A stretch of DNA of 64,000 nucleotides from an uncultured Caldithrix sp. Its GTDB lineage: Bacteria; Electryoneota; AABM5-125-24; Hatepunaeales; Hatepunaeaceae. The stretch covers positions 1-64,000 of the forward strand of contig CAYHEC010000006.1 in assembly GCA_964355675.1 (NCBI GenBank). The letters run 5' to 3'. The position numbers were made by a program, and so were the translations under genes. Positions 32,259 through 42,866 of this stretch are shown here, piece by piece. Position 1 is the first letter of the stretch. Each line of letters opens with the position of its first letter. The notes beneath the pieces are model-generated. The model was given only the letters and a program-made list of their open reading frames with translations, did no database searches and was not told the DNA's origin.

Positions 32259-33137
32259 TCAGCGTTTAAAAATCAATGCCGTTCCAACAACTGCGACGCA
32301 TGTCCCGATCCAGACTCGCGCCGAGATTTTCTCCTTAAAAATCAAATGCGCCCATGGAATTACGATGAGAGGCGTCAATCCCATCAATGTCGCCGCGACG
32401 CCGGTCTCGGTGTAACGGACGGAGACAAGCGACAACCAGACTCCTAGAAAAGGTCCGACAATAGTCCCGGCTCCGGTTAAGGCGATCGCTTTTCCATCGT
32501 CGAATGCACCAATCAAATTCTTCCATTCCCGTTTTACTGTTACCAATAGTGCAATTCCAATCCAACCAGAGACCATTCGCAATAGTGTTGCCGCTATTGG
32601 AGTTACTGTATCACCCATTCCGGATTTGGCAAGAATAAGGCCGACCGCCTGGCAAAACGCGGCCAGAAGACCGAGCAGGATTCCCTTTCGGATTTCTTCC
32701 CGTCGTTCTGATCCGGTTGAGGTGTCGTTCGCAGATCGCTCAAGGACAACCCAGCCAACGCCCGTTACGGTGATAATGATGCCTACCCAAGCGATAAAGG
32801 CAAGACGTTCTCCCAATATCAGAAAGGCCAAAAAAGAAGTGATGATTGGAACACAAGCCATTATCAGCGTTGCCCGACGAGGTCCAAAACGAATCATCGC
32901 GGCAAATAGCGCATTATCCCCCACTGCGAGTCCTATCACGCCGGAAAGTACAATGAAAATGATGTTTCCGCCTTCATACCAACTTGCGACAGGCCCTGAC
33001 AATATAAACCGCGCCGCGGAAAACAACAGGAGAACAGCGCCTGATAGCCTTAGCAGATTTACGTTGTTTAATCCTATTCTCTTGCCGGCAAGCGTGAAAA
33101 AAACGGCCGTCCATGACCAGCATAAAGCTGTCAACAA
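32259..33137 (-). CDS. EamA/DMT-family transporter
   Basis: 292 aa, ~10 TM helices in two repeated halves, typical of the DMT superfamily. Confidence 0.75.
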   Translation of the reverse strand: MLTALCWSWTAVFFTLAGKRIGLNNVNLLRLSGAVLLLFSAARFILSGPVASWYEGGNIIFIVLSGVIGLAVGDNALFAAMIRFGPRRATLIMACVPIITSFLAFLILGERLAFIAWVGIIITVTGVGWVVLERSANDTSTGSERREEIRKGILLGLLAAFCQAVGLILAKSGMGDTVTPIAATLLRMVSGWIGIALLVTVKREWKNLIGAFDDGKAIALTGAGTIVGPFLGVWLSLVSVRYTETGVAATLMGLTPLIVIPWAHLIFKEKISARVWIGTCVAVVGTALIFKR

Positions 33138-33393
33138 CGCGGCAATCTCGCCTTGATAGGGTATTAAAGTTGCGGATCCGATGCTTTATCATCCTTGAAA
33201 ATGAGTGAAAAATTCGATCTTGTAATCGAACGAAATCAATAAGCGCTCTTAATGAAGCGATTGTCAATTATATATTCCAGAATCTCCCTGCACGTTGTAA
33301 TTCGTCAAAGAAATACTTTTGGTTGAATTATATCAAGCAGACCTGACTAAAGTCGATTGACTTAGAGGACATTTTCGTATTACCTTTTGAGTT

Positions 33394-34497
33394 ATGAGTT
33401 ATTCACCTCAATTTCAGACATCATCGGCAAAGAACAAAAAGCCTCGACCGAAGGCGACAGACCGCATCCATCGGACATTATTTACTGCCGTGATTGCTGG
33501 CGCGTTATTGGGACTTCTTCTTCTTGTTATTTCCTGGGTATTGAATTCCCCGGCCCCGGATGTCGGAGGCGGAGAAGAAATTATTACCATCGAGCAGGGA
33601 ATGACCCTTGGGCAAGTCGCAAGTCTGTTAAATGAAAGAAGTTTGATCAACCACCCGATGGCCTTCAAATTAGCCGCACGGATAATGGGTGTTGACCGAA
33701 AGCTACAGCCCGGCACTTTTCTGATTGAGCGAGGCACGACCAATACCCGTGTTCTTCGACTGCTTTTGACTCCGATGATTAGAACCATGAATATTACTAT
33801 CCCAGAAGGATTGCAGGTCAGAGATATAGCTAAAATATATCACAAGGAGTTAGGGATCGATCCGGCGGAGTTTGTTGCTTTATGTGAGGATCCAGATTTT
33901 GCGATTTCACTTGGCGCTCCAGCAGACCGGTTGGAGGGATATCTTTTCCCCGACACCTACAATTTCTACCTGAACACTCCGGCTAACTCAGCTATCGAGA
34001 AAATGGTGGAACGTTTTTTTGATGTAGTAGATGACTCGCTTTTGTTAAGAATGCGTTCGAAAGGGATGGCTTTACACGAAGTTGTCACCTTGGCGTCGAT
34101 TATCGAAGGTGAAGTGCAGGTTCCATCTGAAGCCCCTCTTGTTTCTGCCGTTTATCATAACCGTTTACGAAAAAGAATGGCTTTAGAAGCCGATCCCACG
34201 ATCCAATACATCCTAAAAGACGGTCCACGCCGACTCAGGCGAAGCGACCTTTTGCGGGATAGTCCATATAATACTTATCGTCACCTAGGATTACCTCCCG
34301 GACCGATAAACAATCCAGGTATTCGAGCTATTCGAGCGGCAATTAATCCCGCTGACGTTGACTATCTTTACTTTGTCGCCCAAGGGGACGGGTATCATGC
34401 CTTCAACAAAGAATACTCAGGCCACCTCGCTTCGAAGCAGAAATTAGACAAGCTTCGTCGAGAGCTTGACCGCGAGAAGCAACAAGTTGAAGGGTAG
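33394..34497 (+). CDS. mltG: Endolytic murein transglycosylase MltG (YceG-like)
   Basis: N-terminal TM helix. YLFPDTYNF, LASIIEGE, LEADPTIQY, SPYNTYRHLGLPPGPINNPG. Confidence 0.9.
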   Translation: MSYSPQFQTSSAKNKKPRPKATDRIHRTLFTAVIAGALLGLLLLVISWVLNSPAPDVGGGEEIITIEQGMTLGQVASLLNERSLINHPMAFKLAARIMGVDRKLQPGTFLIERGTTNTRVLRLLLTPMIRTMNITIPEGLQVRDIAKIYHKELGIDPAEFVALCEDPDFAISLGAPADRLEGYLFPDTYNFYLNTPANSAIEKMVERFFDVVDDSLLLRMRSKGMALHEVVTLASIIEGEVQVPSEAPLVSAVYHNRLRKRMALEADPTIQYILKDGPRRLRRSDLLRDSPYNTYRHLGLPPGPINNPGIRAIRAAINPADVDYLYFVAQGDGYHAFNKEYSGHLASKQKLDKLRRELDREKQQVEG

Positions 34498-34520
34498 CGA
34501 AATTGAACCGCTATGCTACT

Positions 34521-34630
34521 GGAGGACGGATACGGAGATCCGTCCTCCTAAATCAAATAGACGGATTCGGAGATCCGTCCTCCTATTTCAAATAGACGGA
34601 TTCGGAGATCCGTCCTCCTATTTCAAATTT
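34521..34630. repeat. 35-bp tandem repeat x3: GACGGAT(A/T)CGGAGATCCGTCCTCCT(A/T)A(A/T)TCAAATA, each with an 8-11 bp stem hairpin
   Basis: Read directly; units start at ~34525, 34560 and 34595. Inverse orientation of the 25-mer at 9235-9259 and 15089-15113. Confidence 0.9.
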
Positions 34631-34742
34631 TCTCACCACGGAAACTCAACAACTGACCTCAAATAATTCTATTCCTCAACGCTTCGAAGCCGAATTAAAT
34701 AGCCCGCAACGAGAAGCTGTACTCCACACTGATGGACCGCTG

Positions 34743-36869
34743 TTGATCATTGCCGGAGCTGGTTCCGGTAAAACAAGAGTGCTTGCTTATCGGGCGGCGT
34801 ACCTTGTCGAAAAAGGACTTGCCAAACCCTATCAAATCCTTGCTCTTACCTTTACAAATAAATCGGCGGGCGAGTTACGTGGGCGTGCCAGCGAAATGAT
34901 CGGACAAGGCGGTGACCTTCTTCAGGCGGGTACCTTTCATTCAATCTTTTCCCGGATCATGCGCCAAGAGGGATTGAATATAGGCGTCGATCCTCGATTT
35001 ACAATCGTGGACGCTGATGATCGACGCAAAATGATCAAAGCTATTCTGAAGGAGATGGGATCGGGTGTTGATTCAGCTCGCGAAATCACCTGGCTCATCG
35101 AACGTGCAAAAAACGAAGCGCTTTCTCCCGACCAATTCTCTGCAATTGCCCAACGACCTCTCGAACTGATCGCCGCCGACGCCTATCGACACTACGAAAA
35201 TCGTCTGCGAAAAATGTCCGGTCTCGATTTTGATGATCTTCTGATAAGGCCTCTTGAAGCTTTTCGAAAGTACCCGGAGTTTCTCACACGGCTTCAACAT
35301 CGATTTCGTTATGTGATGGTGGATGAGTTTCAGGACACCAACCCGGCTCAATATAATCTTATCAAGGCAATCGCCGCTGTTCATCGTAATCTCTGTGTAG
35401 TAGGGGATGATGATCAGGCGATCTACGCTTTTCGCGGGGCTACCGTCGCGAACATACTCGAATTTAAACGCGACTGGAACGAGAGCAAGATCATCAGATT
35501 GGAACAGAACTACAGATCACACAAATATATCCTTGACCTCGCCTGGGCAGTCATCAAGAATAATCCACAACGCCATGAGAAAAAGCTATGGACAGCCAGA
35601 AAAGATGGGGAACCGGCGTTGCTGATCGAAGCACGCTCCGATGATGAAGAAGCGCTAAGATTTATTGCATATATTCAGCACGAGGTAGCCTCCAAGGGGC
35701 GATCCTTGAAAGACTTTGCGATTTTGTACAGGACGAACGCACAGAGTCTGCCTTTTGAGCGAGCCCTGCGTGGAGCGGTTCTTCCCTATCAAGTCGTGGG
35801 CGGTTTGCGCTTTTACGAACGGAAAGAAATAAAAGACATCCTCGCCTATTTGCGAGTCCTTGTCAATCCCGCTGATGATGTTAGTCTTGAAAGAATAATA
35901 AATTATCCTCCGCGTGGAATCGGAGATACTCTTCTGGCAGAGATGCATGTCCGAGCTCGTCACGAGGATAGTTCACTGCTATCAATCGTCGAGAAAACCG
36001 CCCTGAACGAAAAATTGACGCCCCGGTCAAAGAAAGCGCTTCAGCAATTTCTCGATATGTGGAATGGATTCCTTCAAGCCATGACGTCAATTCCTTTCCC
36101 AGAACTGGTCAAGCTCATCATCGTCACGACAGGTCTCCGCGAGAGGCTTCGCGAGGAGGAGAAAGACGATCCCTCAAGGGCTGACTCAAAGGTGGAGAAT
36201 GTAGAGAACTTTGTCGCGGACGTATCGAGATTCACTGAAAATCACACCGATAAAGGAATCGCTGATTTTCTTGAAGAAGTGTCACTGGTTACCGATGTCG
36301 ATAAGTACGATGAATCTCAGGATCGGGTCAACTTGATGACGATCCACACTTCAAAAGGACTGGAGTTCCCCGTAGTACTTCTTGGAGGTCTTGAGGAGGG
36401 TTTGCTTCCATTTTTTTCACCCGATGGTTCACCAACAGAGGTGGAAGAAGAACGGAGGCTTTTTTTCGTGGCAGTCACTCGAGCCAAAGATCGACTTGTT
36501 GTCGGATATGCCGTTGAGCGAGTTCGATATGGAACTCGCGTCTGGATGGGTCCATCGCGATTCCTGCGTGAGATACCACCGGAACTGCTTACTGGAGTAA
36601 AGCGTACCACCAGTGCTGTTTCACCGGTCAGGAGTATTCGTCCATTGGGGCAGGTTCCATCGATTTCCACACCATCAAGCGGTACTGGATCCGGACTTGA
36701 CGCTGATGAAATTCACAAGGGACTTCTGGTTAGACACCCAACCTTTGGTCTGGGAGTTATCTTCGATTTTCGCCGTCAGGGTCCTGACAGCCGCCTCGAC
36801 GTCGATTTTGATGATGTTGGAAAAAAGACGCTGGTACTACGATATGCAAGGTTAGAAAAGGCGGGATGA
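34743..36869 (+). CDS. uvrD: UvrD/PcrA/Rep-family ATP-dependent DNA helicase; conserved N-terminus continues upstream of the listed TTG start to at least ~34662
   Basis: AGAGSGKTRVL (Walker A), MVDEFQDTN, VVGDDDQAIYAFRGA, TIHTSKGLEFPVV, RRLFFVAVTRAKDRL. In-frame upstream codons encode ...FEAELNSPQREAVLHTDGPLL, which is the Q-motif region. Confidence 0.9.
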   Translation: MIIAGAGSGKTRVLAYRAAYLVEKGLAKPYQILALTFTNKSAGELRGRASEMIGQGGDLLQAGTFHSIFSRIMRQEGLNIGVDPRFTIVDADDRRKMIKAILKEMGSGVDSAREITWLIERAKNEALSPDQFSAIAQRPLELIAADAYRHYENRLRKMSGLDFDDLLIRPLEAFRKYPEFLTRLQHRFRYVMVDEFQDTNPAQYNLIKAIAAVHRNLCVVGDDDQAIYAFRGATVANILEFKRDWNESKIIRLEQNYRSHKYILDLAWAVIKNNPQRHEKKLWTARKDGEPALLIEARSDDEEALRFIAYIQHEVASKGRSLKDFAILYRTNAQSLPFERALRGAVLPYQVVGGLRFYERKEIKDILAYLRVLVNPADDVSLERIINYPPRGIGDTLLAEMHVRARHEDSSLLSIVEKTALNEKLTPRSKKALQQFLDMWNGFLQAMTSIPFPELVKLIIVTTGLRERLREEEKDDPSRADSKVENVENFVADVSRFTENHTDKGIADFLEEVSLVTDVDKYDESQDRVNLMTIHTSKGLEFPVVLLGGLEEGLLPFFSPDGSPTEVEEERRLFFVAVTRAKDRLVVGYAVERVRYGTRVWMGPSRFLREIPPELLTGVKRTTSAVSPVRSIRPLGQVPSISTPSSGTGSGLDADEIHKGLLVRHPTFGLGVIFDFRRQGPDSRLDVDFDDVGKKTLVLRYARLEKAG

Positions 36870-36879
36870 TTTGGGGGTG

Positions 36880-37077
36880 CTGAAAAAGTCCGAATGTGCC
36901 CAGTACGGGCGATTTAAATCGCCCGATCAAAATAATTACGCCGGTGAATAAATAGATCAAACACAGTGAATGGGCGGACGAGGGCGTCCGCCTGGACTTT
37001 GCAGGACTTTCTGTTTCCGCCAAGTTACACAGTCCATCGGATGGTTTGAATCTTGGCTCAAACAGGGACTTTTTCAG
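36880..37077. repeat. MITE-like unit: perfect 12-bp terminal inverted repeat CTGAAAAAGTCC / GGACTTTTTCAG enclosing two hairpin repeats
   Basis: TIRs at 36880-36891 and 37066-37077. Internal CAGTACG-GGCGATTTAAATCGCCC and GGCGGACGAGGGCGTCCGCCTGGAC (36973-36997, the same 25-mer as 43301-43325). Confidence 0.7.
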
Positions 37078-37229
37078 TAAACCCTAATTGGTCAACTGCC
37101 GTAATTCGCCATTTCCATAATCAGATTTGAGTCGAAACAATTTTATTTCAGTCATAACCTATTGTAAAGTGATTGTAAATTTCTTAACTTACGATTCGCT
37201 GATCATCTTAATATTATAAATCTACTTCA

Positions 37230-40200
37230 TTGAATATCAAAATCGCACGACATAGCGTACCGATGCTTTCTTCAGTGTTATTACTCCTTGTATGTCAAGG
37301 ACTTATAGCTTCTGAAAACCCCGGCACGGACGACTATCTATACGCGCGAAAACTTTTCGAAGAACGTTACTACGACTTAGCGGCAGATCAACTGGAACGT
37401 TGTCTGCGCGACTTCCCTTCTCTCACTGACGCAGACGAAGCACAGTTTATGCTGGGTGAAGCCTATCTCAGATCGGGCGACCCGGATCGAGCTCGCGCCG
37501 CTTTTCTGCGCACTGTTATCGTTTATCCAGAATCCCCTCACGCCCCGGAAGCACTTTTTAAAGTTGGCGAATCACTTGAATCTGCGGGCCGTAACCGCGA
37601 AGCCGCTCAAGCATTCGAGCGTGTACAGGGATTTTACTCCGGGTCAAACCTCGCGCCGCGTGCGATGGGCAAAGCCGCATCACTTTTTACTCTTGCCGGC
37701 GACACACTTCACGCTGATGATTTAACTAACCAACTTATTGAGAAGTATCCCGATTCTCCTTTTTCGTCTATATCCCGATTGGAACTTGCCAACAGGCTCA
37801 TCGAACAGGGTGACTATCGTGCCGCTATTCAATATCTGAACTGGGTTGCAACACGCGCCGGAATGGACAGCCTTGCGGCAGAAGCTTGGGTTAACCTCGG
37901 ACGGCTTTACAAGCGCCGTTTCGATTTATCCTCTGCGATGGAAGCCTATCAAACCTGCATTGACCGATTTCCATCTTTAATTCCTGCGGCAAAGGCAAGA
38001 CTCGAATTGGCGGGGATCGAGAATCTTCGCGGTTCCCAAGATGAAGCCCGGCGAATTGTCGCCCCGCTTCTCGCCTCAAGCATATCCGAATTCCGACTAA
38101 AAGCTTTAGTTGTTTGCGGCGATGCTGAATATTTACGCACCAATTACGAAGACGCGCTTGCTTTTTACGATACTGCGGCGGCGGGTTCTCATGAAGCTAT
38201 GCTCAAGGCCGCGTGGACTACTGAGTTGCTTGGCCGACGCAAAAGCGCCCTTGACCGCTACATTAAACTTGCCGGAGCGCCCGGTTCGATTGGAGTCAGC
38301 GCCAAAATTCGTGCGGCGATAATATCGTATGATCTTGGCCAACCGGACCGCGCCGCGGCACTTTGGGTAAGGTTGATCGAAGATCCCAATTTCAATGATT
38401 CTACTGGAAGAGCGTTTCTCGAACTCGCTCGTGCCCGTGCAGAAGCGAGATTGGATGGAGTCTCGTCAGCCGCTGACTCGATACTTCGTGAAAATCCCAC
38501 CAGTCCCTTTCTTGACGACGCTCTGTTTCTGGCGGCTCGTGCGGCGGTAAGAAAAGGCGATCATCAGGGAGCATTAAATCGGTACGAAGTTCTCCTCAAG
38601 GGATGCCCTGCTTCATTGTATTGCGATTCTGCTGAGTCAGGTATAGAGTTTATCCGGAATTTCCATATACGCGGTGAAAGATTAATCGAAAGAATGGCTG
38701 AACTTTCCAGTCTGCCACAAAACAGGACCAATCCAGTTCGCTGGGCGCTTGACTGGGGCGATTTTTACTTCGATGAATTTAAAGATCCGGTAAAGGCGGC
38801 GGATCAATACGACCGTGTGCTCGATGACATTCTTGCAACCACCGAGGACAGGCTCTACGCACTGAGACGAAGCGGAGTTGCGTACCAACTTCTTGCCGAG
38901 GCCGCTCGCCGAGAGAAAGACTCCTTCAGTTGGACGATGTACTCGGATTCCGCTCATAATCGTCTAACGGCTTTGAAAAGGCTGGACCCCTATGGTCGCC
39001 AGACACTTGAGCTATCAATCCGATTGATTGAGTTCGACGCCTCGCTGGCACGGTCGGGTCAGGCATCTCCCCCGATTATCGCCAATCGTTGTGAAGAAAT
39101 CATTTCAAAATTTGGTGAAGACTCACTTCCTGCCGCAACCACAGCAATTTATTTAGAATCAACGCTCGCTTCGGGAAGGATCGAGTCGAAAAACATCGTT
39201 TCGTTTATTGCAATTGCCGAACGTGGCTTGAAACGAGCAACTAATCCTAAGACACAAGCTCGACTTAAGTCTTGGGAAGTCGAAGCATTAAGCTCAATCG
39301 GAGATGAATATTCCGCCCTTGACACTGCTGAAAGTGTGGTAATAAACTATCCACTAACAGGTGATGGGGCGAAATTGTCGTTGTTACTCGCTTCTTCAAA
39401 GAAAGTCGCAACCGCAAAACGACTGGAATATTTGGCTCGATATCGTGAACTGTACCCTTATCGTGTCGATGAGAGTAAAATCAGTCTTCTTGAAGCTGAT
39501 CTTCTCGATGCGTTAAATCGTCCGATAGACGCGCTAACCGCTCGACAGAAGGCAGATGCCGCTTCCGGTTGGGGGCGACCCGAGTTAGATGTGCTGGAGT
39601 TGCCACCAATTGAAATTCGAATGGAGAGAGCCATTGCCTTCAGGCGAGCCAGCCAGTTTACTCAGGCCGCTGAAGAACTTGCCATAGTGCTGAATAGTGC
39701 TCCAGAAGGCGAAAATGCACCGACGGCGTTGTTAGAACTTGCTATGGTCGAAGCAGGTAGGCAAAATCCGCAGGGCGCTTTGTTATTGTTGGACAGCCTC
39801 AATCTCAGGCATGGGGATTCACCTGCAACACTAAAAAGTACATGGTTTAAACCTACATTATTGATGGAATTGGGAGACTATCGTGAAGCTGAGAATGCTT
39901 ATGCAACTCTGGCTACGCAATCTGATAATGCCGATAGTCTTTATACGTATGCCGTCAACCAGATACTCTGCCAATACCGACTCGATCTAATTGAAAATGC
40001 AAAAAAATCAGCTAATGAATTATATAAACGGTACAAGGATCGCCCCGATCTCGATCAAGCCAAAGCCCTTTTCTATCTTGAGAAAGGTTTCTCACTCGAC
40101 CGTTCCAAGAAGTTTGCCGAAGCGCGCGAGAACTATGATCTTATTCGAGATAAATTTTCGCGGACGAAATGGGCTGATGATGCGTCTTACGCCAACGGTC

Positions 40201-40910
40201 AATCACTTATTAAGGAAGGCAAGTACGAAGAAGCGGTCAAGGCGCTCGATCGGTTCATCACTGACTATGCCGACAGTTCGCTCGCGCTGGACGGCTGTTT
40301 AAGCCTTGGCTTGGCGCAATATCAGCTCGAAAGATACTCAGAAGCAGTTGTATCTTTGAAAAAAGTCTGGGACTCACGTAATGAAGCGAGACTTTGGCAG
40401 TCTTCGTTCGAAGCGCTCTCTTCCGTTTATAGAAACCTCCGCTTTTTTGACGCCGCAATCAGACTCAACAGGGATTATCTGCTTCGCTTCCCGGAAGCCC
40501 CAGATGCACTTGACCGAAAGATGGATATAGCGCAGTACTATATTGAGCTGAAAGAATGGGATGAAGCCATCCGCCAATACCGCCCGCTCCTTCCCTTCAG
40601 TGATGCCGAGCGAGAAGCCGAAATACAATATTACCTTGGTGAAGCAAGCCTTGGCAAAGGCGACTACCGTACGGCGATTCTTGAATTCTTGAAGGTGAAA
40701 GTACTTGGTCGCAAGACTAAACTTGATTGGGGAGTAACGGCAATTTATCAGGCAGGATTCTGTTACGAAAAACTTGGGGATATCGAAGGTTCTTCCAGAA
40801 TGTATCAAAAGATTATCGAGGAGACCGGCGAAACATCCAATTATGGTCGCGCCGCCCGGCAGAAACTTGATTCGCTACCCACTGCCCAAGTTCCACCAGG
40901 AACTCGCTGA
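37230..40910 (+). CDS. Large secreted tetratricopeptide-repeat (TPR) protein
   Basis: Signal-like N-terminus and many YbgF-type TPR units (YLYARKLFEERYYDLAADQLERCLRDFP..., APEALFKVGESLE...). Confidence 0.8.
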   Translation: MNIKIARHSVPMLSSVLLLLVCQGLIASENPGTDDYLYARKLFEERYYDLAADQLERCLRDFPSLTDADEAQFMLGEAYLRSGDPDRARAAFLRTVIVYPESPHAPEALFKVGESLESAGRNREAAQAFERVQGFYSGSNLAPRAMGKAASLFTLAGDTLHADDLTNQLIEKYPDSPFSSISRLELANRLIEQGDYRAAIQYLNWVATRAGMDSLAAEAWVNLGRLYKRRFDLSSAMEAYQTCIDRFPSLIPAAKARLELAGIENLRGSQDEARRIVAPLLASSISEFRLKALVVCGDAEYLRTNYEDALAFYDTAAAGSHEAMLKAAWTTELLGRRKSALDRYIKLAGAPGSIGVSAKIRAAIISYDLGQPDRAAALWVRLIEDPNFNDSTGRAFLELARARAEARLDGVSSAADSILRENPTSPFLDDALFLAARAAVRKGDHQGALNRYEVLLKGCPASLYCDSAESGIEFIRNFHIRGERLIERMAELSSLPQNRTNPVRWALDWGDFYFDEFKDPVKAADQYDRVLDDILATTEDRLYALRRSGVAYQLLAEAARREKDSFSWTMYSDSAHNRLTALKRLDPYGRQTLELSIRLIEFDASLARSGQASPPIIANRCEEIISKFGEDSLPAATTAIYLESTLASGRIESKNIVSFIAIAERGLKRATNPKTQARLKSWEVEALSSIGDEYSALDTAESVVINYPLTGDGAKLSLLLASSKKVATAKRLEYLARYRELYPYRVDESKISLLEADLLDALNRPIDALTARQKADAASGWGRPELDVLELPPIEIRMERAIAFRRASQFTQAAEELAIVLNSAPEGENAPTALLELAMVEAGRQNPQGALLLLDSLNLRHGDSPATLKSTWFKPTLLMELGDYREAENAYATLATQSDNADSLYTYAVNQILCQYRLDLIENAKKSANELYKRYKDRPDLDQAKALFYLEKGFSLDRSKKFAEARENYDLIRDKFSRTKWADDASYANGQSLIKEGKYEEAVKALDRFITDYADSSLALDGCLSLGLAQYQLERYSEAVVSLKKVWDSRNEARLWQSSFEALSSVYRNLRFFDAAIRLNRDYLLRFPEAPDALDRKMDIAQYYIELKEWDEAIRQYRPLLPFSDAEREAEIQYYLGEASLGKGDYRTAILEFLKVKVLGRKTKLDWGVTAIYQAGFCYEKLGDIEGSSRMYQKIIEETGETSNYGRAARQKLDSLPTAQVPPGTR

Positions 40911-40912
40911 GA

Positions 40913-41854
40913 TTGTTTTCTTTGGCCAAATCAGCGGCGCTGTTAGTTGATAAATTTTCAACTACCCGCCTGAGCTTCGTTTTGGTTTCGATTATCTTAT
41001 TCTTCAATTCAAGCGCCTACCCTCAAGCGCCTTCTTTCGATTCCGACCGTGCTTATTCCTTACTTCGAGCTCAATGCGCCTTCGGCCCTCGTAATCCAGG
41101 TAGCGAAGGTCATACTATGTGTGGAAAATGGTTGAGCGAGCAGTTGAAGTCGAAGGGTGGGGAAATAATCTTACAGACATTTATCGGTTATGATCCACAT
41201 GCCGGGCAGAAGCGACAGCTTACCAATATCGTAGCCCGTTTTGGAGATCAAGAAAAACAACCACTGATGCTCTGCGCCCATTGGGATAGTCGGCCCGTCG
41301 CCGATCGTGACCCTGACCCGCTAAAAACCAACCAACCTATTCCCGGCGCAAATGACGGAGCCTCCGGCGTCGCTGTTCTGCTGGAGATCGCTCGAGTCGT
41401 ATCTGAAAATCCGCCTGACAAAGCAATTTTAATCGTTCTCTTCGATGGGGAAGATCTCGGACGAGAAACTCACCCGGAGGAGTATGCCCAGGGCGCACGC
41501 TATTGGGCGCTACACCCCGTACCTGAACTGCCGAGCGAAGCAATTCTCCTCGACATGGTTGGCGACGCCGATCTCGAATTGCCCATCGAATGGTATTCTG
41601 GTAAACGAGCGCCTACCTTGCAACGAGCGCTTTGGGAAATCGCGTCAGAAATCGGGGCAACAACTTTTGTCGATCGGCAAGGTCCAGCCATAGAAGACGA
41701 CCATGTCCCGTTGCTAAAAGCTGGTATCTCTTCAGTTGACATTATCGATTTCGATTACCCATATTGGCACACTTTGGATGATACGCCGGATAAGTGCTCA
41801 GCGGCAAGCCTTGGCCAAGTAGGAAAAGTGCTCATCGAATATATTTATCGGTAA
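40913..41854 (+). CDS. M28-family peptidase / glutaminyl-peptide cyclotransferase-like protein
   Basis: LMLCAHWDSRP, PGANDGASGVAVLLEIARV, LFDGEDLG, and the HVPLLKAGI...IIDFDYPYWHTLDDT metal-ligand pattern of M28/QC enzymes. Confidence 0.75.
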   Translation: MFSLAKSAALLVDKFSTTRLSFVLVSIILFFNSSAYPQAPSFDSDRAYSLLRAQCAFGPRNPGSEGHTMCGKWLSEQLKSKGGEIILQTFIGYDPHAGQKRQLTNIVARFGDQEKQPLMLCAHWDSRPVADRDPDPLKTNQPIPGANDGASGVAVLLEIARVVSENPPDKAILIVLFDGEDLGRETHPEEYAQGARYWALHPVPELPSEAILLDMVGDADLELPIEWYSGKRAPTLQRALWEIASEIGATTFVDRQGPAIEDDHVPLLKAGISSVDIIDFDYPYWHTLDDTPDKCSAASLGQVGKVLIEYIYR

Positions 41855-41865
41855 ATCGAGTTTTA

Positions 41866-41898
41866 GGAAATTAGAGTAATTAAACCCACTCTAATTCC
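41866..41898. terminator. Hairpin between convergent genes (GGAAATTAGAGT-loop-ACTCTAATTCC); possible bidirectional terminator
   Basis: Read directly: 11-bp stem with one bulge and no clear U-tract. Confidence 0.35.
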
Positions 41899-41939
41899 TG
41901 CTCATTCCGAAGTTCTACAAATTGAATACTTTTCCGATA

Positions 41940-42785
41940 TCAGAGCACGGTCGTTTTATGTCTCGCGGAGTGGCATTGAATGTTCACAGCGCAAGGTAAG
42001 GATGCGATATGACAGGGATGCGTCTCGATAAAGACCTCAAGCGCTGTTGTCGTTCCACCCAACCCCTGCGGCCCAATGCCGAGCTTGTTTACCTTTTCCA
42101 GCAACTCTACTTCCATCGCGGCGTAAAAAGGATCAGGATTACGTTGTCCGATCTCACGAAGAAGCGCTCGTTTAGAAATCTGTGCGCACTTGTCGTATGT
42201 CCCTCCGATTCCAACCCCAACAATCATCGGCGGACAGGGATTTGACCCGGAACGCCTTACCCTGTCCACTACAAAGTCAACCACCCCCTGCCTTCCGTCG
42301 GAAGGCTTCAACATCTTTATCTCCGACATGTTCTCCGATCCGCCACCCTTCGGCTCGAAGTGCAGAGTCAGCTTGTCGCCCGGCACGATGTCGATCCAGA
42401 CCACAGGCGGAGTATTGTCGCCGGTATTGTCACGTTTCAAAGGATCGCGCACGATCGACTTGCGCATGTAACCTTCATTATAACCCTGCCTCACACCCTC
42501 GGTAATTGCTTCCTTCAAATTGCCATCAACGACAACCCTATCGCCGACGTCGGCAAAAATGATCGAAAAGCCACAATCTTGACAGAGCGGAACCTGATCC
42601 GTGGCGGAGATTTCAGCATTCAAGATTATTTGATCGAGAAGCGCTTGACCAGTCGGCGAGGCTTCGACGAGGCGGGCTTTTTTGAAGGATTCGAGAACGT
42701 CCTGGCCGAGGTAGTAATTAGCATCGATAGCCATTTTGCGTACGGCGTCGGTGATAGCAGAGGAAGGGATAATTTTGTTATTCAT
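41940..42785 (-). CDS. Class I (Fe-S) fumarate hydratase / tartrate dehydratase, alpha (N-terminal) subunit
   Basis: PLCQDCGFSIIFADVG, GGGSENMS, PPMIVGVGIGGT and IASLPCAVNIQCHSARH are the typical FumA/TtdA alpha-subunit motifs. Confidence 0.85.
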   Translation of the reverse strand: MNNKIIPSSAITDAVRKMAIDANYYLGQDVLESFKKARLVEASPTGQALLDQIILNAEISATDQVPLCQDCGFSIIFADVGDRVVVDGNLKEAITEGVRQGYNEGYMRKSIVRDPLKRDNTGDNTPPVVWIDIVPGDKLTLHFEPKGGGSENMSEIKMLKPSDGRQGVVDFVVDRVRRSGSNPCPPMIVGVGIGGTYDKCAQISKRALLREIGQRNPDPFYAAMEVELLEKVNKLGIGPQGLGGTTTALEVFIETHPCHIASLPCAVNIQCHSARHKTTVL

Positions 42786-42866
42786 TTAGATGTCCTGATA
42801 GGATGGCAATTCAGTGGATGGTATATCCCATCGAAATAATGAAACAGAGATGGGTAATCAATCGAA

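Noticed and set aside
42360-42839. 159-aa plus-strand ORF and neighbours (42182..42505, 42190..42471) opposite the fumarase gene
   Set aside because: They are antisense to a strongly supported fumarate hydratase alpha-subunit CDS and have no recognisable motifs.
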